A stretch of 33,432 bases of DNA from the NCBI GenBank assembly GCA_013115145.1, contig JAAPAO010000393.1, forward strand, positions 1-33,432, in the 5' to 3' direction. The stretch's first letter is position 1, and each line of letters starts with the position of its first letter. Made by a program: the position numbers and the translations under genes. Source of the stretch: Perkinsus chesapeaki ATCC PRA-425. Lineage: Eukaryota > Protista > Perkinsozoa. This document shows positions 22,501 to 33,432 of the stretch, piece after piece. Below the pieces are notes generated by a model. That model searched no databases, was not told the origin of the DNA, and saw only the letters and a list, made by a program, of their open reading frames with translations.

Positions 22501-25500
22501 ATCATCTAGGCACTCCTGTACATCACCAACTATATACTTGTCAATGCCCTTCACAAGACTATGTTCAAGCCTCTTCTCCACGCCTTGTGTCCTCCACTCC
22601 TCCACAGCCTTCACCGCTAACCCACCCAGCATAGCCCCCCATCACAGGGCATCCCCTCACCTCCAGTCTCCCCGCCTCCCTTTTGGGCCTTTTTCTCCTT
22701 CAATTCGCTGGCGAACTCTAGCAGCTTCTCGGTCGCCTCGGGGCTAACATTCATCACCACATCCTCCAACAGCCGCCTCATCTCATCCGGTATGTCCGTG
22801 TAGATCGGCAACGCTCCGGCGTTAACCTGTCCGAATCTTATTCCCCCTCGAACTGATGTTGCCTCTCACTATGGCCATACTGAGGCCTTTAGGAATGGCA
22901 TGGTACAGGAACACCGAGTGCATTGCCTCTCGAAGCTCAGTGAGGCCTCGAAACGAAAACGAGAGGTTCGAAAGACCTGAGACGGTTAATAGATGGATCA
23001 GCAACCGTGTCTCCGCGAGCAGCCTACCGCCGCTGGTGTAGCATCCGGGACATTTCCTCCGAACAACCTCAATAGCATCAATGAAGTCCTTAGCGTAGTT
23101 GTTATGTTCCTCCATGCCTGAGGAAGGCTGCTGATGGTGGTGCAGCTGCCTAAATGCTCATCACCTGTCGCTATGGTAAGAATGTTGCAATCAAAGATTA
23201 TGTCCCGGCCTTCGTAGCCACACCTCTCTGTGAGGATCTTATACGTCCTTTCGCATATCCGAACCTGATACCAGCAGCAGCACCACAAGTCAGATCCTCT
23301 ACAATGCTAAACGGCAAACTGAGAAGCATGTTTTAGACTTCTCCTTCGGCTATTGAGAATCTAGATGTAAAAGGATACTAGTAGAACATTACTACTTGAC
23401 AACTAGTAATAGTGTATATTGTAATGCGTTAGGAGGGGGAATAATATCCGATTATAACTACTGAAATTTACTATTATTCTGCCCAGTCTATTCGGTATCA
23501 ATACCGAGTTACCACTATAACACATACCAATACCCTTGCTTTCCCTCCCCCTCCTTCCCTACTCTATTACTACCTTATCCTCAAAGGTAGCAGCCTGACC
23601 TTGCTCATCAAACGCCATACACACCAGGCTGGCACCATATTTACGGACCTAATACCAATATTATACCTCCTAAGGGAAGTAGTAGCAGCAGTAGCACCAG
23701 CTTGGCATGTGATATAAAATCGTCCTCTCCCACTTTCAAAGATAACGAGTTTACTATGCACTTGCCCTGTACACACTGAAGGCCCTCTTCGATCACCTAA
23801 CAATAACAACAACAATCTAAGACCACCCACACGATGAGGACAAGTTAAACCGGAGATTGCCGTCTGGCGGAGGCGCTTTGGTATTAGTTCAATTTACGAG
23901 GTAGCCTTATATGTTAAAGAAACCAACAATGAGGGCCTCACACAACCCGTAGAGCTATTTGTCCATTTTGTCTCCCGTTAGGAATTATAATAATACTACA
24001 GAGAACGATTGAGTAATAATTGAGCAGCAGTACTATAGGATTGAGGAAATGCTCATACCCACCCACTCAAGAGTATCCTACCTTAAACTTGGAACTATCA
24101 ATCATAAACGGCACCCTCGCTATAGCTGGCTCAGTAACACATGATCTCATAAACCTGCCCATTGCCAACTGACCATCGATCAGATCAGCATCGAAGTTGA
24201 AGTCCAAAATCTGTGCTCCATTCTCGACCTTAAAACAACCGTTCTCCTCAGCGCCCTACCCGAACCTGTTCTACCTGTTCCTTGGCCACCTCCAACGCCT
24301 CATCCCACCGACTCTGCTCTACCATCTTTTTGAACCGCAGACTGCCCATAAGGTTGCACCGTTCACCAACGTTCACAAACCCCAGCTCTGGTGTGAGATA
24401 GAGCGGCTCCAATCCCGACAAGTGCATAACAGGATCATGCCGGACATGAAGGGGTCTCGGAGGGAAGCCCTAAAGCGCCTTACACTTGAAAAGCAAGACT
24501 AGCGCCCCCCAAGTCGGCTGCACATAGATAATTTATCGACAAATCGACCCTTGGCAATCCTCGATGAGTAATAGCAGCACACGAGCCGGATGTTTTCCCT
24601 TTTTCATTGGAATGGAGTAAATAAGCGAGTTAACTACTATGATTGTAACTAGGGTCTCCCGACTCACCTTAAGCCGATCATGAACCGCTTTAATGTGAGC
24701 CGGAAAGGTACCGCAGCAGCCACCAACCATATTGAGGAGATGGTCTTGGGCGTAAAGGACGAGGGACTCTCCAAAGGACTCTGGTGTCTCATCATAGCCA
24801 CCCATAGCATTCGGTAGCCCCGCATTAGGATACCTAGATACCGTCCCCTTATTACTCATACCGCCGCTCTCTTATACTACACATGAACATTGACTGTTGC
24901 CAGCTTTGCCAAGGTCTCGAAGAAGGGCCTCATTTGTGCCGCTCCCAGAGCGCAGTTGATCCCGACACACAGCGGCCGGGCGTGCTGAGAACAGGCCGAA
25001 GAGTACTGGTAAACACGACCGAAATGTCCTACCATAACCGAAACCAGAAACGCATCGATGGTTTGGCCAGACAAAGTGCGGCCACTCTGAAAGAGAGCGT
25101 TCAATCTCAACCATAAGAGTCCCTTACCTGATCCACGATCGTAGCCGATATTATTGTTGGCAGTCTAGGCTGTTCGGGATGATCCTCATAATAGCTATCA
25201 ATAGCAAAGAGGGCCGCCTTAGCGTTAAGAGTATCAAATATAGTCTCAACCAGTAGAACATCAGAGCCACCAGCTACCAATGCATCCACCTGAACTCCCC
25301 CTCGCACCACAGCTCCCTTCACCACCGCCCTACTTGCTCGTAATACGCCTTTACCAGCTCCGTCCACGTAACATTCCTAAAGCTAGAGTCCTCTACACTT
25401 GGAGATACGCTTAACGTCCGACTGGTGGGACCAATAGCTCCTGCTACCAGTCTTCTGATGCCCGTCTCGGCTCCCACCTACCGAACCCACCGTAACACAG

Positions 25501-26159
25501 AGCCAGTAGCCGTCGTCCCAGACCTCTTGGCAGGCTTGCTTGGCCAGCCTGGCCGCTTCGAAGTTGAGATCCCTCACTAGATGCTCACACTGATACTCTG
25601 CCTGTGATATGGTTGTGCCATTAAAGGTGTTTGTCTCTATCATATCAGCTCCAGCATTCAAGTACCTACATTAGGCTACAAGTGACCGAAAGATCTGTGT
25701 ACGGTACCGTGGGAAAATATGAGTTACAAAAGCCATGAGCATGAGCTTCAGGGGAGAGTAAACGAAATAACGCACAGCTCAATTATCATCCCTTTGCCCG
25801 GCACTACTCTTTATGGATCTTCACCACAAGCTCTGGTCTAGTAAGGCAAAGCAGGTCATTATCTCCTTTCAACTCCTTAGGATGATCCTTCAATATATCC
25901 CCTCGGAAATCTTCCTCCTGTAGACGCTCCGCTTGTATCCTACCCCACTCCGCCCTACACCACACCTCCACTTTATCAACCTACCTTGTTCCCATACCGC
26001 CATCCAAGAATACAATCCTCTCCGAAAACAGCTGACGGAGGTAGCTCGTCGACTCCGACTCCCCACCCGGATGCTACAACACCAAATCCTTACAACACCT
26101 GACCTTCCCCCGTTTCCTACGTCGGCATGAGAGGCGACCGGCGGCGCAATTTCACCCAT
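19562..26159 (-). CDS. metH: Cobalamin-dependent methionine synthase (intron-rich)
   Basis: ATG 26159: [28 protein letters not shown] and GGCCGT (Zn ligands), [48 protein letters not shown] (B12 DxHxxG), [38 protein letters not shown]. All MetH modules are in order. Confidence 0.97.
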
Positions 26160-26432
26160 TTAAAAACAACTACGTTGAACTCTCGAGGTATCCGTGGTCC
26201 AGAGCTCTGCTTTAGTCCAATAATTGACTTTAATAACTGCTAACACAAGACATACTATTGATAATACTCCCTTTATAGGTAATACTCTCTACTAACAAAA
26301 TACTACCAAACCTTTATCACACTTTATTCCTTCGGGAAAATATAAGACTTATGTCGTATCATAACGTTACTAGGGAGACCTAAGGGCAGATAGAGCCCCG
26401 CACATGGGGCAGCAGCAGCAGCGTGGCATTCC

Positions 26433-29400
26433 TTATCTCCTGCTACGGTCTCTCGAATCGCTTCTATCTCTTCTAGACCTGCGGGATCTATCACGGGAGG
26501 AGGACCTCGGACGGGCGTAGCGGCCTTCACGACTACGAGAGCGATCATCTCTGAGGAAGCAAGAAATGCTATCACCAAACCATCGCCAAAAGCCTCAAGA
26601 TTTCTTAGCGTCGTGTACTATAGCCGAGTCATCTACAGTAGTAGTGAAGACTGAAATGTACTCGAGACAGTGATGTCAAGACTTCATCGAATAGATCCCC
26701 ACAGTGGCTCATTAGTTAGGGACGACCCTCTACAGTAATAACCATTCGTTTATTATTTTGGGGTCCTTATAATACCCTTACTAATACTTATTACAATAAC
26801 CCACTGCTAATTCCTTCCGCTATTATTACCTGCTTCTGCGGTCCCTAGGACTAGCCTCCCTTCTCCTACTAGATCTACGCTCCGACTCCGATCTCGATCT
26901 ACTACGCCTCCTATCTCCACTGCGTGATCGACTGCGTCGGCGGCGGCTGCTATCTCTCGGACTCTCAGACCTATCTCTCTTGGGAGGTGACATCGGCTCC
27001 ACATCACTTCCCTCATCGACCTTCCCATTCTTCGAAGGCGACTTCTCGTCTGATCTGCGTCTCGGGCTATCCTTATCCACCGAAGCCGGGCTTCTGGCCC
27101 TATCGTCTTTACGCACAGATCTATCGCGCGAAATAGACCTGTCGCCACTGCGGGACATAGACCGTCCGCCACTCCTTGAGCGCCTTCTCTTGCGCTCCCT
27201 CGGAGATCTGTCGTCACCAGAGCGAGATCGGCGCCTAGAGCCACTTCTAGACCTTCGGGCTGCCTCAGCTTCCCTGGCAGCTCTAGCCTCCCGTTCCTCG
27301 CGCTCCCTAGCCTCCTGTTCCTCTTTCTGTTTGGCCAACATAGCGTCCTCCTCTTCAATGGATGGTAGGCCTAGACGCTCGCGACGCTTGGTCTCTATCT
27401 CAGGGTTACTATGGCGATTCAGGAACGGGCGGTGAATACCTCCTTTACCTACGAAAATAATTTAACAAGGACAACTGCACTACTACTAAATAAGAACAAT
27501 ATAAGCCATACATATAGTCCACATCAAACCACCACTATAGAGTTTAACAGCAAGTGCACTGTCCCATGCAGCAATGGCTATACCATATCTACTCGTTATA
27601 TCACAAATGATATCATAATATAGTCCCTCAAACCCAATTCCACCTTTATTACCTCTTTCTTTATCCTGTTCAATCTTCCTATGTATCCTGCCCCTAACCA
27701 TCTCCTCAGCATCATCTCTACGTCTCGAATCATAACAGAATATCAGCAGCCTCGGAGGAGGTCCATCTCTTGGACGCCGACGAGCTCTCTCTCTATCATC
27801 CCTCCAACTCGAATATCCCTTCCCCTTTCCTCTGCTGCCCCAACCACCTTTCCCTTTACCCCACCATGGACCATCAGATCGGACAAAGCTCTGATCGCAG
27901 CCATCAACAAAGCAAAATGTACCAGTGCGCTCTTCAATAGAGCGGAGCTCGCTGCCTTTATGACCGGTGATGAAACCGATGTATTCCTCTGGAGTCTCAA
28001 CTGCCGTCACATCCTCCCGGCCCTCCAATTTCACATTAACCTACCAGAACACTTCCACACATACACTAAGGAACAATTTCCAAAGTGAGAGAGATTTCGG
28101 CAAACTTAAGGCACCGACGCCTTCGAACTGCATCTACTATGGATTATAACGCATGACGAGGCCCCTCTATATTTTGCCAGAGCCCCTCATCTTCATGGTA
28201 GATACGTTGAGACTCGAGGTATATAGTATATCCATGCAAGACACATATAAGGCTTACACTTGCGGAGGCCCCAGACCAGACTATAACAGATCGAGTAGGA
28301 CAGTTAGAAACACACTTTCCGGAGGCGATTTCGACTGTACGACATGACCAGTTTCCCCTTTCTCCCAGCTCACCTCGCCTTCACGTTGATCGAGCAAGAA
28401 GTTGAGATAATCACGACCCCGGCGCCTCTCTGGCTTACTTCCAGAGATGAATGCCGTATAACCGATGTATCTAAACAAAACCAAACCTTTACCGACAGCA
28501 ACGGGTGAACCACAGCAAAATGAATCTCCTTTATATATTCTTATGCTTCGCTCCGCTAAGATAAGTGGAATATTTCCTTCCTCCACTGGGCACCTACTCC
28601 TCAGCTATTTTCAATCATGGTGATGGTGAATTCGATTAGTCCCTCGATCCCGCGAAATCGTCTCCGATCGAAGAGCATGATGATCTTTTCGGATTGAGCG
28701 TCTCCTCCTCCTCCGCCCGATCTTCCTCCTCTCAGTCCATCTCTCAAATTATCGATCACATTGTCATTCCACCAAATCACTGCCACCACTTTACTCAGTT
28801 TCCACTGACGGACAAATCGATCAACATGGCCCCGCCACTGCCGTCGTCCTATCTCCGTCACCCCCATCCCTAATAAACCCCTTATATTCCCCCAGCCTAC
28901 TCAATAATAGCTCCGCTGGCTCTCTCCAACTTCTTCCTAGTAGCCCCGCGCCTTCCCAGAGCGTAAGTAAACTGTGCCTCCGTCCTGCCAACACATATCC
29001 ACAGCAATCCCCAGTAAAAGTAACCGCTACATTTTAACTGTTGTTAGTCCGAGTTTGCCGCCATGAGTGTCATCCAGGTTCCATCTCTCGCGATGGTCCA
29101 AAAAGAAGCCCGGAGACTTGGACTCGATCGCCGACATCAACTGAGCTACCATATTGCCTATCACAGCCTCCACTCCTTCACCTTCAGTTGTGCAATGCGG
29201 CGTCCTCGTGTGGGCCCCAGTATAATAAGCTTCTCGATCTCATCAGAGCGGCCTCTGACTCGTGGCCCAGCGTCCCCTCCAACGTCCTTATCTGAACCAG
29301 CGGCGGTAATGCAGTATCTCAGACTCCCTATCACAAGTCTACCTTGGAAGAACATAAGGGTTTCTGTCTCCTCCTCTAAAGCATGTAGAGTAGATCTCTC

Positions 29401-30221
29401 ACGACCAGTAACATAACCAATGGTATCCTGAGGCACCTACCACACACGACAAGACTTTCCCCCCCCCCCCACACAATTCAACCTAATTCCAATAAAAAGT
29501 TTTTGTTGGGATTAAAAATAACGTGTCTTTTGAAACACATCATATCACATTATTATGATTAAAAACAGTCTTCATAAATTCGTGAATGAAATTCCCCGTA
29601 TTGTCGCTGGAACTAGTCGAGCAAGACTCCTCGGCATAGATCCTGCACCAGCAGTGATGGGCAGCAGCAGCAGCTGCAGCTCACTTCTCTGGTGGTGACT
29701 CTGTAGCCCGGCCCTACTCTCCCATATTACGTCTATCCAACTACAGTCATCACGCTCCTCCGGGTCAAGATCAAGCGGCTCATTCTTCTTATTAAGAAGG
29801 AGAAAGCAGATGTAGTCTCGGCCAAGCTCCCTGTTACGTGCTGGCCCTCTCAACTCCACATTAGAGTCGCCACCCTCTGACAAAAATGACAATTAAAAAG
29901 AGCGGAGCGGAGCACATCGGACTACCAGTATTAACAAGCTCGATATCGCAGTCGGCGGCATTCTCCAATTTCCTTTTAGTACTGCCACCTCTCCCCAATA
30001 CCAAAGCTGCCTCATCTGACTTAACCTTTATAACAGACAGGCCCTCGGCTCCAGGATCCGACGCCTTCGATGACAGAGAGCTAGATCTGAAAATATATAT
30101 TCAATTACTAAGAGGGCTCCCAAACCTACCTGGATCTCGACGAGCCGGACCTAGAGCCCGAGCGACTACCGCTCTTCCCCCTCCTACTGCTGGCGGAGCT
30201 ACGGGAGCGAGAGCGAGGCAT
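26433..30221 (-). CDS. Four-KH-domain RNA-binding protein with N- and C-terminal RS-rich regions
   Basis: ATG 30221 MPRSRSRSS..; KH-like motifs LVLGRGGSTK, YVTGRERST, YALGRRGATR, FITGHKGSE; long RS/RD tail. A last exon (DDRSRSREGR..RDRSRR*, TAA 26433-26435) joins in frame via intron 26551-26829. Confidence 0.85.
29459..29470 (-). repeat. G12 homopolymer (sense strand) in an intron of the KH/RS gene
   Basis: Twelve consecutive C on the + strand, about 20 nt upstream of the 3' splice site at 29437. Confidence 0.9.
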
Positions 30222-30489
30222 GCCTTAACTAGGGACACTGTGGAGGTCAGTGTGATGCGGTCGTCAACTCAACAACAGTGGAAGATAAATGAATTGGTGA
30301 GCAGGATTAAAAATGTGTAATGATAAGAAGTGATATGCTGCCACGTGAACCCGAGTTACGGAATGATTACATCTTCAGAGTCGCTCAACACTTCAATCCG
30401 AGCAAGGCATAAAACCGAATCACGAATGTGGCAATTTTTCTATGGCACAGCAGTAGCAGTAGTCTCAGCACCGGACGATATCGATGCGT

Positions 30490-32198
30490 TCAGATTCTTG
30501 AATTCTCCACCGCTCCCGAGAGCCCATAATCGTTCGACCGTTCACGAGCCTCATCATCATCGTTTGTAAGGAAGTCCTGGTAGGAGGGATACCTACTAGC
30601 ATTCTTCCTCAGAACATCAGTGATAGGACCAAGCACTCTACTGAAGGCTTCGCGATCGACCGAGAGGACCTATGCCGACGACTATACAAGTACACGGCAG
30701 CGCGGCAAATGCCTACCCGACATCCATCATCTCCAGCCTTAATCGTGGCCTTACGTGGCTCTCCTGGCTTTAGTAAAGCAATCTCACCGAAGTACTCCCC
30801 GGGCGTAGTATATTTCTTAACCTAAGATGCCATCTTCATCGACAGGCTAGCAGCAGCGTGAGACTACCTCCACTTCACCCTCCTCACCAGACATGAACGC
30901 GGTACATTCACCGTCCTCCAGTACATAGAAACTGAACACAAAGATTGTCCCGTATGGACCTGGGACCTGGTCTTCTTACTTGTCCCCAGTGGTATCCCCT
31001 TGAGTCACTATAACCTCGCCTTTCTTAAAGACCTCTGATGTTAGCATGTCCGATAGTTGAGACAGCTCGAACCTGTACAATGACACTAACACTCTATGAG
31101 AGCCAATAGACTACTTGTTCAGATCAGCCAGGATCGGCACCTTCTCCAGGAACCCCTCATACTCCTTCTTCTTGATATTCTCACTCGTCACCACCATCAA
31201 CTGGAAGCAGTCTCTATCCAGGCACCTACACCCCAGACACGATCTCCATAATGTGCCGATCAACAACAGGACTAACCACAGTTTGGCGTCAGATGTGGCG
31301 GTGACAGTAGCAGCTCTCGGAGCGTTGTACATCAGGGCTAGCTCCCCAAATGATGACCCTGGCCCACACTCCATCACCTACATAGAAGTATCTTTCACCG
31401 CAGCTGATGCACGGATCTACCTTCACTGGCTCCTTATCCCCACGCTTAACATAGATATCAAAAGTGCCTTCATCAACTATATAAAACGCATCTCCAAAGT
31501 TGCCCTGATCACCACGTCGTAAGCAGCCCTCCGATCTCATGTGGCAGCCTACCTGTTGGATGACACATTCCCCTTTAGTGACATCCCTCCTCCGCATCGC
31601 CATGACAACCTTCTCGATGTCGCGCTCTCGAAGATGACCAAAGAGAATCTGATACCCACATTCCCACCCTATCCCCGCCCACTTCCCCGCTTTACCTGTC
31701 TCTTGCCGCTCTCATCAGATGCCATCATCTTTTTAATGGCTTCTATCTCCTCCGGTGTCTTATGGTACATAGGGGCCCTCCAACTGTCCATTCTCTCCAC
31801 AGTGCATGCCTCAGCCGACACTCCAGCTCGTCGCCCACTAGCCTTCTGTACTGTTATCCTATGCTCCTCCTCCTACATAGACAACAACATTCCCCGTCTC
31901 TGGTCACCCTCTACTACCAACCTCCTTATCATCAGAGACGCCAACTGCAGCGCCAGAGGGAGATGAGTCCCTTTCGCTTATAGGACTGCCGACATCTATG
32001 GTCACTGGGGCAGGCGGCAGAGACGTCCCAGCTGTGGCTGCCACAGTGTCCGAAATAGTCGATCGAATGTCCAGCTAATTCAACTAATCCCTGTCGGTCG
32101 ATTGTCATCCCTATTACATGCTGGCTGCCATCAGGTGGGGGCGGGGATGGGTCGCTGTCCGATCCTGGCTTCCCTTTGCTGCAGAAGTTGTTACCCAT
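30490..32198 (-). CDS. PKAR: cAMP-dependent protein kinase regulatory subunit
   Basis: MGNNFCSK N-terminus; inhibitor motif GRRAGVSAE; [20 protein letters not shown]; [22 protein letters not shown]; frame-consistent introns; TGA 30490-30492. Confidence 0.93.
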
Positions 32199-32309
32199 AG
32201 TGGGGAACTATAGGGCTGATGAGACCAAAGGGTGGTATGGCCGGGTAACTCAAAGCAACAGCGGAGAGGCGAAATGATACACAATGGAAACACTGTATTG
32301 AAAATGACG

Positions 32310-33138
32310 TTATCGTGGAGGGGCTGCCATCGCACGGTCCTTCACTACTACCTCGGTAGCCCCGCTCTCCTGTGCTACTCTCGAGATCGAATGGCGCTGT
32401 AGGAGGGCCTTTGCCCGCTCTGTCACCGCTGGGTCGGACTTCACAGGCAGTACCGGCCGAGGCGCTGCTGATAGGGTTGATGGCGCTTTAACGTGCCGCC
32501 ACTTGCAATTGTTTCCAGCGCGGCAACTGCCATGCCAGAAGAACCTATAGATGTTAAAATGACTGATGGATCAGACGGAGACGACCTACTTGCAAACATC
32601 TGGTGGAGGCCCTCCTTGGCTATTGGGTGCCGACTCTGGTAGGTGATGCGAGAACCGACAGGAGCTGCCATTGCGGCAGTTACCGTGGAGGAAATAAGTG
32701 CACACTACCGCCTTGTAATCATGTCGGAAGGGACAGGAGGAGCCATTACGGCACATACCTGCACAGAGGCTCGAAAGGCACCCAGCAACCAAGGCAAAAA
32801 TAGTCCAAAGCTGAATAATTGAACCACCCATGTGCCGATTACCTTTCACAAAGAAACGACAGAGCGGTTGCTCCTCGGTCACAGCCCCTTGCGGTGGGGC
32901 TGGTGATGCTTGGGGACTGCTCCTCTCAGGTGCCGTCTCCTGCTCTGGTGCAGAGCCTTCCGTATCTTCGACAAATAAAGGGCCTAAATAACCATAGTAG
33001 GCCACGACGATCATTGACATGAGACAGCCGGCCGATCTTACCGCTGTTACCAGCTACTGGCGGTGCCTGCTCCTCTCTAGCCCTCTTTTCTGGAGACGAC
33101 TCTGCAGCAGATTCTGGGGTATCGGAGGAACGCTTCAT
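32310..33138 (-). CDS. Protein with three CCCH (C-x7-C-x5-C-x3-H) zinc fingers
   Basis: ATG 33138; spliced fingers CRFFVKGMCRNGSSCPFRH, CTYFLHGNCRNGSSCRFSH, CKFFWHGSCRAGNNCKWRH; TAA 32310-32312. Confidence 0.85.
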
Positions 33139-33432
33139 TGTGTTATGGTTGAATTAGACGTGCTACGCGGAGAGTACGGTATGAGCAACAATAACCGGTT
33201 AACACCCTGATTGTAGCCGTGTGAATTCAAGGCGGAATCGAGGAATAACCCATTCCCACTTCACACGGCATTTCACCATTCAAGATACGCGCCACGAAAT
33301 ACCGCGCACGCCCAAAAACCAGCCCGCGGCACGTTGGCGGCGACGGAGCGTACCAGGTAGTGTAGATGCATGACGTTTGTATATCTGTGATACTTCGCTT
33401 CGCTCATGCGAGCGCGGTTTCATTTCCGTTTC

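Noticed and set aside
23270-24080. Longer metH introns as possible snoRNA hosts
   Set aside because: I could not find a box C/D pair or H/ACA hairpin pattern by eye.
26324-26578. 84-aa ORF in the track
   Set aside because: Wrong frame: another frame of the same strand encodes the terminal RS exon of the KH/RS gene.
33216-33269. 10-bp inverted repeat GCCGTGTGAA/TTCACACGGC with a 34-nt spacer
   Set aside because: A single short repeat of this size is plausible by chance in 33 kb, and it carries no snRNA/snoRNA signature.
1-33432. CRISPR array, rRNA, prokaryotic operon or intact transposase
   Set aside because: No regularly spaced repeat-spacer structure, rRNA signature or transposase/RT/integrase ORF. 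The long overlapping ORFs are mostly antisense shadows of spliced genes.

Overview
Gene-dense eukaryotic DNA with many short (~30-65 nt) spliceosomal introns, so the six-frame ORFs are mostly exon fragments or antisense shadows. Gene models were rebuilt by hand from GT/GC-AG junctions. Gene content and style (RAP-domain protein, N-acylated PKA regulatory subunit, KH/RS protein, tiny introns) suggest a myzozoan alveolate, most likely Perkinsus; this is inference, not a database result. In order: 3' end of an unknown gene; two tandem aldehyde dehydrogenase paralogs sharing a near-identical internal tract; a PAM2/MATH-like gene; an orphan membrane protein; a mitochondrial-type RAP protein; tRNA-His(GUG); then six co-oriented minus-strand genes: CEP19, a cap-2 methyltransferase (CMTR2-like) apparently fused in frame to a NadD-like nucleotidyltransferase, B12-dependent methionine synthase, a 4xKH/RS protein, a PKA regulatory subunit and a 3xCCCH protein. 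Top leads: the CMTR2-NadD fusion, a tRNA-His with U73 and a genomic A at -1, a convergent strand switch centred on that tRNA, and the ALDH gene-conversion tract. No CRISPR array, rRNA or intact mobile element was seen.
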